From the human T2T-CHM13v2.0 reference genome, Homo sapiens: DNA of 64,000 bases. The notes beneath the pieces are model-generated. The model did no database searches and was not told where the DNA came from. It was given only the letters and a program-made list of their open reading frames with translations. The stretch lies in assembly GCF_009914755.1 (NCBI RefSeq), contig NC_060935.1. One strand, given 5' to 3'. The translations under genes were made by a program, and so were the position numbers. The stretch's first letter is position 1. Each line of letters begins with the position of its first letter. This document shows, piece by piece, positions 1-13,743 of the stretch.

Positions 1-19
1 AGAGTTTAACATGTACTTA

Positions 20-525
<506 letters not shown>

Positions 526-616
526 TTACCTGGAAGATTAAGTCCCTGATGAGGGACTCACTCTCTGGTCCTGCTCCAGGTGATTTCAGACCTATGATGA
601 CATGACCTAAACATGA

Positions 617-1050
617 CCTTTTTTTCCCCTCTCTCTTTCTTCTCTTCTCTCTCTCCTTTCCTTCCCTCCGTTCCTTTTTTCCTCCCTCCCCTCCCCTCCT
701 GTCCCCTCCCCTCCCCTCCTGTCCCCTTCCCTCCCCTCCTGTCCCCTTCCCTCCCTTTCTCCCTCCCTCCCTCCGTCCCTCCCTTCTTTCCTCCATCCCT
801 CCCTCTCCCCTCCCCTCCCATCCCCTCCCCTCCCATCCAGTCCACTTACCTTCCCTCCCTCCTTCCCTTCCTTCCTTCCTTTCCTCCCCCTCTCCCATCT
901 TCTCTTCTCTCCTTCCTTTCTTTCCCTTCCTTCCTTTTTTCCTCCCTCCCTTCCTCTCCTTTCTTTTTTTCTTTCCTTCTCTCCTCTCTCTCCTTTCTTT
1001 CTCTCTCTTCTTTCCTCCTTCTCTTTCTTTTCTTTTCCTTTCTTTCTTCT
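617..1050. repeat. ~430-bp C/T low-complexity tract including three copies of a 20-bp unit ctcccctcctgtcccc(t)tcc at 691-750
   Basis: Directly visible; only about ten purines on the + strand. Confidence 0.95.
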
Positions 1051-1171
1051 TAGAGATAGGGTCTTTCTCACTATGTTCCTCAGGATAGACTAGAATTCCT
1101 GGGCTCATGTTATCCTCCGTCTCAGCTTCCTGAGTAGCTGAGATTACAGGCATATGCTACCATGCCTGGCT
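1051..1171 (-). mobile_element. Free Alu monomer (FLAM-like)
   Basis: 'agagatagggtct…ctgggctca…ctgagtagctgagattacaggcat…catgcctggc', single arm. Confidence 0.8.
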
Positions 1172-1237
1172 CTACTTTTCTTATATCCTGAACTGAAAAG
1201 CTGAGCAGGATCCATTCACTTTTGTTTGTGTCTTTAT

Positions 1238-1362
1238 TACTAGACTTTTAGATCTTCATGAATAGAAGGTGTGTCTTAGTTTTTTGTCCACAGTGCTGGT
1301 TCAGGGAATGCTCAGTAAGGGTTTTTAAAGTTAAGAATGAATGAACAAATGAATAAATGAGC
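1238..1362 (+). mobile_element. L2 3' end fragment
   Basis: 'ctagactttt…' ending in the gaatgaatgaa-type L2 tail. Confidence 0.6.
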
Positions 1363-1749
1363 GGATGGGTGGTTAGCAGAGGGCAGGGCAAGGACTGCCC
1401 TCATGTCTTTATAAGAACATCGAGAGCATCTCTTGCTGGAACTGATGTTCTTGCTTGCACCCAGCAACCTTTGGTGCTTAGAGTTTTGTACACTATGTGA
1501 TGAGTACACCTTGGGGTTCTCAGATTCTTGACAATCAGTGTGTATTAAAATGGCACCTGAGGAGGGTTGCTGGTCAGTTATTGCCAAAAAAAAAGAAAAA
1601 AAAACCCTGTTGTCCTCACTGATTTAAGGATACACAATTGTGGGACTGAAAGCAAGGTGATTGGTGCTTATTTTCTTCTTTTGTAGGATGTCCTTCTTGT
1701 TTCTCCCATTTCTATGATGAGCTCATATATTTTAGCATAAACATTGTAG

Positions 1750-2110
1750 TTTTTTTTCTTACAATAACTCTCAGAGAAGATTTGGAAAATTCAGACATGT
1801 GGAAAGAGGAAAAATTTCACCCATGTTAGCTCCCAATTGCTGACAAAATTGAAGGCCATGCCTATCTATCTGCTATGCATCACAAAATAAATTTTATGTT
1901 ACCATAGACTTGGTATGATGCTGTATGTACTATTGTATACCTGTTTCAGAGTATTGGCTGGACATTTCCTATGTTATTTCAATGCCTTTCATATCATTAT
2001 ATTACAATATATAATTTTCCATGGGGTGTATATATCCTAATTTACTTAGCCATTCTCTACCATTGGATAGCTTCTTGACTATATAATGCACTCTTAATCG
2101 TATTATAAAA
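1750..2110 (-). mobile_element. Ancient L1 (L1ME-like) 3' fragment
   Basis: 'ttccatggggtgtatatatcctaatttacttagccattctctacc' is typical of antisense L1ME 3' ends. Confidence 0.5.
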
Positions 2111-2689
2111 ATCTTTTCACCACTCTTTTGCTTTTTGTTCTCCTGTCTTGTGATTCAGATGGAGCTGGCATTCATACTTTAACTCTCTCTTTATTCCTGT
2201 GTTTCTCACTGAGATGCGGTGGGAGGTATGGGGATGAGGGGGATGGGGATAAGGGGACTTGATTGCTGGTGGGTGGCAGTGTGGAGAGGCAGCCTAAAGA
2301 GGAGTGGCTACACATGTTTAATTTCTTAGCAACAGGGAATGCATTGATTTTCCTACTAGTATTGTCAAATGTTTTTAAGAAGAGCTCATCTGCCTTATAG
2401 TACCTAATTAGCAAAATTATGGGGGTACCAGAATCTCTTTTGATCGAATGGCACAGTAATTACAAAAAATTGGTTAATACCATGTGTCACAGGATGCCTT
2501 AGGTTTAGTCCCCTAATGGAGGAGTTAGGGACATTGAACTGGCTTTATTATTCCTTAGGCAGCTCATTACTTGAATGTACTTTTTCTCAACAGGTTTGGG
2601 TTATATTTGTGTGTATTTGGTAAACCTTTTTTTCTTATATTGTGTTCCAGACTTTGGAGCCAAGATGTAGTTTATTAATGTGACAAAGA

Positions 2690-3420
<731 letters not shown>

Positions 3421-3489
3421 GGAGGAGGATGAAAAATAAGCAGAAGCATCAGTTGAATGCCATGGAATATCACAGTCGACTCTGCTGGG

Positions 3490-3965
3490 GCAAGAGTCAG
3501 CTTTGTCTCCACTCGTCATGTGACCTTGGGCAAGTCATGAAACCTCTCTGTGCCTCAGTTCCTTCACCTGTAAAATGGAGATGTGTTGGTATTTACCTCA
3601 TAAGGGATGTACAAATAGATTGTTCATTCATTTATTCAATAAATATTTCCTGAGTGAACACAAAAGTGCCAGGCACTGGGTGTATCATGGTGATTTACCC
3701 TTGATTTATATCAAGCACTGAGATCACACATTTTGGTGAATAGCAGGTGTAACACAGTTAAGAGTGTAGCTCATGGAACCAGCTTTCCAGGTTGAAATCT
3801 CAGCACCAAGCCTTCCTAGCCCAGTGTCCTTTAGAACATTATTTAAATTCTGTAAGCTTTAGTTTGGTCATCTGTAAAGTAGGAATAATAATAATAATGT
3901 CTTCTAAAGTTATTGTAAGTGCGATGACATGTGCAGGGCATTAGCCCTGCCCTTGGCACAGTAAT
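3490..3965 (+). mobile_element. Two MIR fragments (about 3490-3610, 3745-3965) around a short antisense L2 end
   Basis: 'tgtgaccttgggcaagtcatgaaacctctctgtgcctcagttccttcacctgtaaaatgg'; 'catctgtaaagtaggaataata'; 'ttcattcatttattcaataaatattt…gtgccaggcact'. Confidence 0.75.
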
Positions 3966-4779
3966 AAGATATACAGGTTTGATTTCTCTCATTCCGGCTT
4001 CTGGAACAAATGGAGGTTTAATGGAATATTATTGTGAACTTGTTAGTGGAGATGAAAGTCCCTTACACGTTAACTGGGAGTCTTCTAGTGACTTCTGTTT
4101 TTTTGAAAGCTGCTTGGATCAATAACATCTGACATCCTTAAAGAAGGGTCACAAGACCAAATAGTGGGACATGTGCCTCCCATCCTCCAAAACCAGAAAT
4201 TGCCTCACTGATGGTTGGCAGTTCTGAATTGACAAATTTCCTCTACATTCAGAAATGAAAAGCCAACTGTCATTTCAAATTAAGAAATGTTGCTTTACCT
4301 TTTGGGGCCATTCTTACCATGAGCTTATGTGGCACTCAGGCTAGAAGGTTGTGGCCTGTCTATATCAGGAGTTTGCTATATTTTGAGGTTCACAGTGTAA
4401 TTACTGAAATGTTGCCTGCATTCTCTACCAGTCAAGGCTGAGGCGGGCTGCCTTGGTGCATTTTTTGTTTATATGTTTCTGGCTGCTGCTGCTTTTCCCA
4501 CCTTGATTTGCTGATTCTTCGCTGTGAACTGGTGGGGATTCTGCCTCTTGGTCTGCTTTGTGCTAATGTGGTACCCCTTGGCCAATCAGGGGCCTGAGAA
4601 TTTGCTCCAATATTAGGTTAAGTAGATGCTTTCTCTGCTGAACTTGTAGTAAGAGATACACTTGCAGAAAAAGAAAAATGCCAGGGTAATGTATAACACG
4701 TGAGTTCACAGCCATACGATGCTGCTGCAGTGAGTGCCCTCTTCTCCCTCTCTCCTGCCTAGTAAGTGCTTATTCATGT

Positions 4780-5000
4780 TTTTAGAGTCAGGTTCAATTA
4801 TATCCTCCATGATGTTATCCCCAATCTCTATGGGCCTCCTCTGTTTTTTTGTGCACTGCCCTATTCTGCAACTATTGTCATAAGGAAACTGTCTTGCTTA
4901 CGTGTCTATCCTCTAGGGCAGAAACTGTGTTTTTACTTTTATTTCCCCAGTGCCAACCACAGTGCCTGGCATAGGGGAAGCAAGGTATATGCTTGTTGAC
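4780..5000 (+). mobile_element. L2 3' fragment
   Basis: 'atttccccagtgccaaccacagtgcctggcatagg…tatatgcttgttga'. Confidence 0.6.
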
Positions 5001-5137
5001 AATGAAATTCACCACCATCCTCACTCTATACATCAGGGAAGAGGGAAATGAAGTTGCTTCTATTTGAGGCAGAGAAGAGTGTGTGTTTACCTCATTTAAT
5101 TTCTTTCCTTCTCCAATCTCCTCCCTTCACCCAGCAC

Positions 5138-5161
5138 TTTTTTTTTTTTTTTTTTTTTTTT
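5138..5161. repeat. T24 homopolymer
   Basis: Directly visible. Confidence 0.95.
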
Positions 5162-6439
5162 GCTGATGTTTAATCATCATATTAGCATTTTTAGTCTTTC
5201 TTTAAAAATGACTAGGTAGAGCCGTCTTATCCTGGGAAAGAAAAAGCACTTCACTCTTGCTGCTGAGTTAGCACTTCTTAACTAGAACATGCAAAACCTG
5301 AGCATTTGGAACGCCATTTTCCCCCGTTTTAAAAATGTGAAATATTCACTTTAAGTGGTTGTTGTGTGCGAAACTACCTTTATGCAATGGTAGCCTCCAA
5401 GTACACCCCCAGGGTTACAAAATGGAAAGCCTCACGGACAGACTAAATTCAAATACTTGAATCATGTTTAAAATATCTAGGAGGAAACAGGGGAAAGAGA
5501 TGGAGTAGGTTAACACATGTAGGATTGAGTGTGAGCAGTGGGAAGCACCAGCCCACCCAGTTCCTGTGTTATTCATTGCTCATATATTCTGTTTTTTTTC
5601 TCTCTCTCTCTGCTGCATCAGCTTCTTTGATGATGGTGTGATTATGAGGACTGGAGCTGAGGTTAACGAAAAGGGAGGGGGCTCAGCAAATGGGAGGTTT
5701 CCAGAGCCCACATGCTTCCTCTATTGGAAATACTCAGAAGCAAGTAATCCTGGCTACAACTGTAATTCACCAGTTAATTTGGTGAGCAGTGATGGGTTTT
5801 ATTAGCATTTCTCAAGGATAGTATATGTGGGGCCAGAATGGAAATGAAATGGATGTCAATGATGGGTGTTGGTTTAGGGATGACATGACTGTCATTCTGA
5901 AGGTGGCATGATACGCACATTATGACTTGGTCCTCCCATCCCATTGTACTTGTAAGTAACACTCTTATTCAATCCTTTTTATCTGTGTTCAACACACTTA
6001 TGTTCCACGTATTCAATCTATGTTTAGCATGTTTCACAGGTTTCTAACTTGCTCTCTATATTTAGCACTTCTTATGGGCTTTATCTGTCCCATTTGTTTT
6101 TCCTGTTATCTCTAGCAGAATTGAATATTCTTAAGTAATACAGCAAATACATACTGTAGTGGTTGAATATGGAAGTACAATATTCACTATAGGTTCCCAT
6201 TAATTGGGTTTCATTGGTTGCTCTTTTAACTCCAGGAAAAAAGCAGGCTGCTGCAAAGTAGGTGACATATCACTATTTTTAAGAGTTGACAACTTTATGT
6301 TTTATGTTAATTTGGAAAATCAGCAGAGGAGAAAAATTGTAGAATCTAGGTTTCTTAATAGATGGAATTTGCTCTCAGTGCTCTCTTTTGCTATGCAGCT
6401 ATGAGCAGGATCAAGTGATTAACTGAAATGAAATGTCAA

Positions 6440-6610
6440 GACTAGGAAAGAACTTGGAGATCATGGAATTTAGTGGTCTTAATTTTCAGATGTAGAGTGT
6501 GAGGTTCAGAGAGGTAAGGTACTTTATCCAAAGTCACACAGCTAGTCATCTGCAAAACTCAAAGTGATCTCAGTCCTTTGAAACCTGTCCAGTGTTTCTG
6601 CCTGCATATT
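6440..6610 (-). mobile_element. MIR fragment
   Basis: 'ttttcagatg…tgaggttcagagaggtaagg…ccaaagtcacacagctagt'. Confidence 0.7.
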
Positions 6611-7074
6611 GTAAGAAATAGAATTACTTTGTTGGTGTTTTTTTAACATCTGGATCATGGTCAAAATTTACTTGAAAGGGCTTCTCTGAGAGTGAGAATG
6701 CACATAAAGCCTCAGTGTATCAAAACAGGTGTTTCTTACATTTCACTCTAGTGAGTGCTAATGGGGTCTCTTTACTTCAGTGTGCCAATCATTTTTAAAA
6801 AGAAATAAGAAAAGTCAACATAAGAAATGTTTCATTTTCTTGGAGGATTGAGTGAGCAGAAGTTTGGTAGGACTAGATCAGACTGTTAAGTGGGGGTGTC
6901 CTGCAAAGAAGTGGGGTTTATTTAGCACCAAACATCATTACAATAAATTTTCATGGCCATGAGCATTTGAGAAGGACCCATTTATCTCCTGGTTTTCCAA
7001 AAGATATATTATTTTCTGACCATAATATATATGGTTACTTGAAGTAACAATATAAATGAGAAAAATAAATGGAA

Positions 7075-8115
7075 AATACATTAATTAATTCAGTAAACCT
7101 TTATTGGATGCCTGTTTTGTGCCAGGCACTAAGAATTGTGGATAAAACAATGGATAAATAAGTATGCCTGCCCTCATGGAACTTACAGTCTAGTGGGAAA
7201 AGAAAGGAAATAATATGAGGTAACAAGCTTGAAACAAGACTGTGATAAATAATATCAGCAAATAATAAATGGATTACAATACATATATTATGACAAGTCA
7301 AATGAAGAAAATACCCAGACTGGAGCATTAGAGAGACATTAATGCAGAGTCTGCCTTGGAGAGGCCAGAAGATTGCATTTACAGTGAAAGCTGAAGGAGA
7401 AGGAGTCAGGGACGTGAAAAGGAGAGAGAAGAGCACTGTGGGCAGAGGGACAAGCATGAAGATCTGAGGTGGGAGTGGGCCTGGTGTGCTCCTCTAGTAA
7501 CCAAGGAGAAGAGTGTGAATGGGGTGGGAAAGGCAGGCAAGAATCAGTTTGTGTGCAACTTTGCAGGCATGCTGAAGGGACTGGATTTTATCCTATGAGC
7601 AATGGGAAGCCATTGGAGGATTTTAAGCAGGAGGCTGAAATGACTCGGACTTAGGGTTTAAAAAGAGCACGTTAACTACAGTGTGAAGAATGGTGAAAAG
7701 AAGGCAGTATGGAAGCAGGAAGGAGATCATTGGAAGTGCCCTAGGGAGCAATGATAGTGGCTTGGGCAAGAGTTTTAAGAGTGAAGTTGGGAAGAAGTGG
7801 ACAGATTCCAGACATGGGAGCCCACTTAACTTGTTTTTAGACTGGATATGGAGAGTGGAGAAAAGGGAAAAATCAAGGGCAATTTCTAGTTTTTTGACTT
7901 GAGGAACAGGGTGTGACCGTTTACTAAGACTGGGACCTTTGTGAGAAAATTGAGAGTGGCGGGAAGAGAACAGGCTTCACTGTAGGCACATTACAATTTG
8001 AAATGCTTGAAGGTGAACGTTTGAATTTACTGCATAAGGGAGAGGTTAGGGCTGCAGATATAAAGTTGGAGGCCATTGGCCATGGGGTTGGATGATATCA
8101 CTCAGGGAGAACTGA
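7075..8115 (-). mobile_element. L2 (~1 kb, 3' portion)
   Basis: 'tgtgccaggcact', 'tgccctcatggaacttacagtctagtggga', 'ggattttatcctatgagcaatgggaagccattggaggattttaagcagg'. Confidence 0.85.
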
Positions 8116-8339
8116 GTGAGAGATGACGATACCCATAGCTGATAGGATATTCATATCCATTTCCTCCAGCAGGCATTGCTGATCGCTTATGGCTGTCTTT
8201 TCTTTGGGCCCAAGCTTTACAATCCTGAAATTCAGGCATCTGCTACCAATCAGTTGATTTCTAATTGATGAGTAAAGAAGAAAAAAGTAAAAAGTAAACA
8301 TATAACTTAATTTTAAGACTTGAATTTTTTTTGGCATTA

Positions 8340-8692
<353 letters not shown>

Positions 8693-9084
8693 ATAATAAT
8701 GATAATAAAAATAATATTAACAAACATTTTCTAATACTCTTTAGTTTACAGAGTGATTTGCTCACACATTTAATAGGTTTTAAATGTCATCTGGAATATC
8801 TTTGGCTGGGATTTTGTAGAAGGCATAGAAGCATTTTTCAAGATGCTATCTCTTTTCTCAACACTTGATAAAAGCTGACAGCATGCCACTTAAGAATTAA
8901 GTAGCGAAGGCCTTGCTACTATTGTGCAGGTAGGTTTTATACTGGTAGACTGGTCTGCCTGGGTTGGGTGTCTCCATGGTGGAGGACAAACATTGCTTTC
9001 TGCGATTCATACCCTAGATACTTGCAGATGGGAAAGACTGTGCTGTTCTTTTCTGTGTTATAAAATTGAAGCAGCAATTCAAAA

Positions 9085-9180
9085 AATTATAGAAGGCTAA
9101 GGTGGGAAGGTTCTAAGAGATCACCTAGTCTACCCCCTCATTTTGCAGATGAGGGGACTGAGGCCCGAGGTCAAGAATTG
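9085..9180 (-). mobile_element. MIR fragment
   Basis: 'agagatcacctagtctaccccctcattttgcagatgaggggactgaggccc'. Confidence 0.65.
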
Positions 9181-10166
9181 AAGGATATCTTATTCAGAAG
9201 CCATTCTTTAGGATGAGATTCTTCAAGGTCCGTATACCAGTCTGTGATATTGCTTGGGCAGTGCAGCATTTGAAGTTCTATGTTTTTCAAGGGCTTCCCA
9301 TGTAGTCCTGGAGAAATAACCATGTAGTTATCTTGCAGTCAGAGGAGATGGTCAGGATGTGAGAGGAGGTCACCAAACACACTTCTAATGTTCATTTATC
9401 ATCCTCTGAATAATCTTCTCTAACTTTGCTCCCTTAGTGCCCCTTTCTGATGCCAGAAAAATGTAGTGTAAAATAATGAGATAACACCCAGTTTATCATG
9501 ACAAGGGTGAGTCTGGGTATGAAGTGATGGATGTCTCTTGTTATGCTGATATTGGAGAAAGAAACATTCTTGTCTAGGAGCAGGATTAGCTGGAATCACA
9601 CACCTCTAGGCCTGCTGAATCGGCCTCAACTTCAATAAATATTTCATGAGGAAAGTCATCCATTGCATGCTTATGGAGAAATTCCAGGCACGGGTGTGGA
9701 GCATGAGCATGCCTTGTATTTATTCGTTAAGCAAAGGCAGAGTTGTCTGGCATTATTAGTGCTAGTAAATATCTGCTAGGTACAAAGCAAGGACAGGTTT
9801 CCTATATCCATTGTGGGGAGAAGGAAGCTGTGTCCATGGAAAAAGTGAAATTGGAGGATGCTGAGTGGCATTTGGGTCTTATTATCCCAAGATTCTCTGA
9901 ATTTAGGACCACATTTATCCGACTACCTCTCACCTTATTTACAGCAACCTAATCTGTTTGCAGCAAACTGAATTGCTCAGCGTCCCGTCAAAATTCCTGC
10001 CAGAAAATCACTGTCTGGCCAATTGGGAACTTGTCAAAGTGACAAGTGGGCATGGTGACAGAGACAGCATTTCCGGGATTTGCATTGAATGAATGCAGCT
10101 GTAGGGAGTGGGGAATGGTGCCTGAAAATGAAAACTATTGACAGAAGAGGAAAATGAAACTTGCAG

Positions 10167-10319
10167 TCTGGATTCTTTGGACATGACATTTTTAACCATG
10201 GATCTTTTTTCTTCTTCCTTCTCATCTCCCCTCTCCTCTTTCTCCTATATTTCTTCTCTACTCCTTCTCCTTCCTCTTCTCCTCTCCTGTTTCCTCCTGC
10301 TTTTCTTCTTGATTCCTAG
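10167..10319 (+). promoter_or_regulatory. Extended polypyrimidine tract / AG-exclusion zone of the NELL1 exon acceptor
   Basis: No AG between 10166 and 10318; branch-point-like ttaAc (A10195) and ctcAt (A10224). Confidence 0.75.
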
Positions 10320-10470
10320 ACATAGAAAGAGAGATCCATGCAGCTCCTCATGTGAGTGAGAAATTAATTCAGCTGTTCCAGAACAAGAGTGAATTCACCA
10401 TTTTGGCCACTGTACAGCAGAAGCCATCCACTTCAGGAGTGATACTGTCCATTCGAGAACTGGAGCACAG
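10320..10470 (+). CDS. NELL1: NELL1 internal coding exon (exon 3, 151 bp; N-terminal TSPN/laminin-G domain, about residues 62-112)
   Basis: Acceptor ttcctAG at 10318-10319 after a long pyrimidine tract; donor CAG|GTAAGA at 10471. Phase 1 in, phase 2 out; reads (D)IEREIHAAPHVSEKLIQLFQNKSEFTILATVQQKPSTSGVILSIRELEH(S), which I recognise as human NELL1. Contains an N-K-S glycosylation sequon. Confidence 0.97.
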
Positions 10471-10739
10471 GTAAGAAAGCTCTTTCTGCTTTTGAAAATC
10501 TCCTTAGAGTTAATGGGTTATACAAAATGTCTTGGGATTTAGAGTTTGTAGCCCCATGAAAACTTTCATCTAACTGAGGCCTCATTTCTGTTGAACACAT
10601 TCATGAATTTACTTTGCATTAAGAATTTACTTTGGTCAAAGTGGCTTTCTTGTTTGCTCTCCAAGGACCAATCATGAGTATCTTTCTCGTCTGTCTTCTG
10701 GTAGACTTTGAATAAAATCACATTCTGTCATATTTAGTC

Positions 10740-11860
10740 ATCAAGCAAGTTAGTTAGTTATGTTTAACAACCTTCAATAAACATTTACAGTGTGTTTATG
10801 TGGGGATTATACTTGACACTGGGAATATTAAGGTGAATAGTGTATGATCTTCATCGCAAAGATCACATAAGCTAGTAGGGAAGATAGACAAATAAATATA
10901 ATAAAGTATTGAAGATGCAATGCCAGAAGGTTGTAATCAGGAAATAAAGGTAAGAGCAGTCATTCTGCTAAGTGTTGTGGTAGCCAAGAAATGCTTTGGA
11001 AAAGAAGATAGTTGTATAAGGAAAAAAATGTGAGTATTCTACACGCTGAATGCGAAGGAGTAAGGGATGGAAGAATAACATTTCAGAAAGAGGTTGCTAT
11101 GATTTTAAGAAGCAACACATGGGTAGGTAAGTCGTTGGAACATAAAAGTGTGTATGGGGAAGGGATGAGAGTTTGGGGTGGGCGATGGGGCTGGTATTAT
11201 AGAGGTAGGTAGAAGCCAGATCATCGCAAAGCTTCAATGCCATGTTAAAAACTTGTACTGAAGTCCCCTAGGCAATGGGTTTTAAGTTTAAGAAAGATCA
11301 CTCAATCATTGAATTCAAATTAATAATCATTAGGTAACCTAAACAATTTTATTTTTTAATACTGGGTTCCTCTGTATTAGTCCACTGAAAATATTTATGA
11401 AGCACCTACTCTGTTCTAGGTGCCATGCGAGGTTTTGTGGAGAAATCAAAGGAACAAAATCTTCTAAGCATGTATGGTGGAGTTTGGCAATGCAGGAAAC
11501 AAGGCATAACCACACAAAAAGCTGAAGAATAAAAAAGAGTCAATAATAAAGAAATAGTAGATTGGTGTTACAATGAAGTATGGAGCTAATTTCAAAATTA
11601 CATAAATGTGTTAAGTTCACTGAATTAAATGCATTAGGTTAGTGGTTGAGGAAGACCATACAGAGAGAGTGCTCTTGAAGCACAGGCAGAATTCCAGCAG
11701 GTAAGGGAAGAAGGGTGTTACATCAAACAGAAGGAACAGTGTGCACAGTCACAGAGGTGAAGAAATATAGAGAAATGCAATTTTGGGAGTGGGAGCAGCA
11801 AACAGACCAATTTGGCTGGAACAGAGGCTCTTTCTATGCAGACTTTTGGTAGTTGTAAGG
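10740..11860 (-). mobile_element. Degraded L2 fragments
   Basis: 'caataaacatttac', 'aatatttatgaagcacctactctgttctaggtgcc', 'ccctaggcaatggg'. Confidence 0.5.
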
Positions 11861-12264
11861 ATCAACAGTTTTGTCTTTAATGGTTGTTTGTTCTCAGCCT
11901 CAAAGCGTGGTGATGGACCCTGATCATTTTGTGGGGGTGTTGTCATTACAATCTGGCTGTTCTGGGTCAGCCCAGAGAAAGCAAGGTGATGTACATGTCT
12001 GTGAGAGATATGGGTTCGTTCAAAGGTGTTCTGTATGCTGGAGAAAGGTATAGGTTCTCATTTTCCAAGGATTGAGTGTCAAGGCAAGTCTCAGCTTCAC
12101 AACCCTACCTTGCCCTATTGGCCTTGTGGGGTTGGGTGTGAATGCTTCTTTGGTATGAGGGTTATACAAATGCCCAAAGTAGGAGGTAGATCTTGAGATA
12201 CTTCTCAATGAATGCAGAGGAGAGCTTCCCACAGCAGGTGAGAAGCATGTGAAACAGTTGCTAT

Positions 12265-12420
12265 TATATTAGAAAGAGCACAGGTTTCAGAGTCAGTCTG
12301 ATGGAGGCTGGAGTTCCAGTTCTAGCTTTGTGACACCAGCTCTTCAATGTCTTGGAACTTCAATTTCCTTGTCTGTAAAATGTGTGTAATAATCTATTTT
12401 CCCGGGCTGCTCTAAGGAAG
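12265..12420 (+). mobile_element. MIR fragment
   Basis: 'gaaagagcacaggtttcagagtcag…cttcaatttccttgtctgtaaaatg'. Confidence 0.65.
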
Positions 12421-12706
12421 AAAAAGGATTGTGCATGGTGAGTGGCCATCCCTTGACACATATACATTTATTCTCCTTGTCTAAGTGTGTTTTGAAACTG
12501 TATTTGCAGGGTTTCTCTTTTGGATTTTTTTTTCAATAGGAAAGGTTTTAAAAAAACTTTTTTGTTGCCATGTGAGGCTGTCTTTTATATCCCTAGTAGG
12601 TTTCTAATAGAGCCCAAGGATGATTGATAGGAGAGTCATTTGATCATTTTTCATTGTAATAGAAAAACTTCAGAATTTTTTTTTTTTTTTTGAGAAAGGG
12701 AGAAGA

Positions 12707-13009
<303 letters not shown>

Positions 13010-13364
13010 GGCGGGGGGAGAAGAAAACCGTGTACAGGGGTTGAATGCCTTTAGCCAAAGAAGGTGAGGCATAGAGGTCTCTTACCACTAGGGAATATAT
13101 CTGAGTCACACAGCACCAAAGTATATTAGCAGTAGAAATTATCTGAGTCACAAGACACCAAAGTGTGTTGGCAGTGGAGGGTATCCAAGTTACATGCCAC
13201 CAAAATATGTTACTGGGGGCAAATCCATATGGGTCTACAGCAAGACCCATATGGATTTTCTTCTTGTGTCCTCAGAAGAAAAATTTATCTGAGGGGCATA
13301 AGGCAGAAGGAGAGACCGAGGCAAGTTTTAAAGCAGGAGTGAAAGTTTATTAAAAAGCTTTAGA

Positions 13365-13743
<379 letters not shown>

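Noticed and set aside
4578-4705. CCAAT box (ggccaatcag) and E-box (cacgtga)
   Set aside because: Isolated short motifs with no CpG island or other promoter context.
10138-10359. 73-aa ORF overlapping the NELL1 exon with a hydrophobic stretch
   Set aside because: It translates the polypyrimidine tract and reads the exon in the wrong frame.
13099-13224. Regular 42-bp repeats resembling a CRISPR array or a tRNA gene
   Set aside because: Primate DNA with no cas genes; the whole unit is repeated with no unique spacers; only the 3' ~18 nt of tRNA-His is matched, as expected for a PBS.
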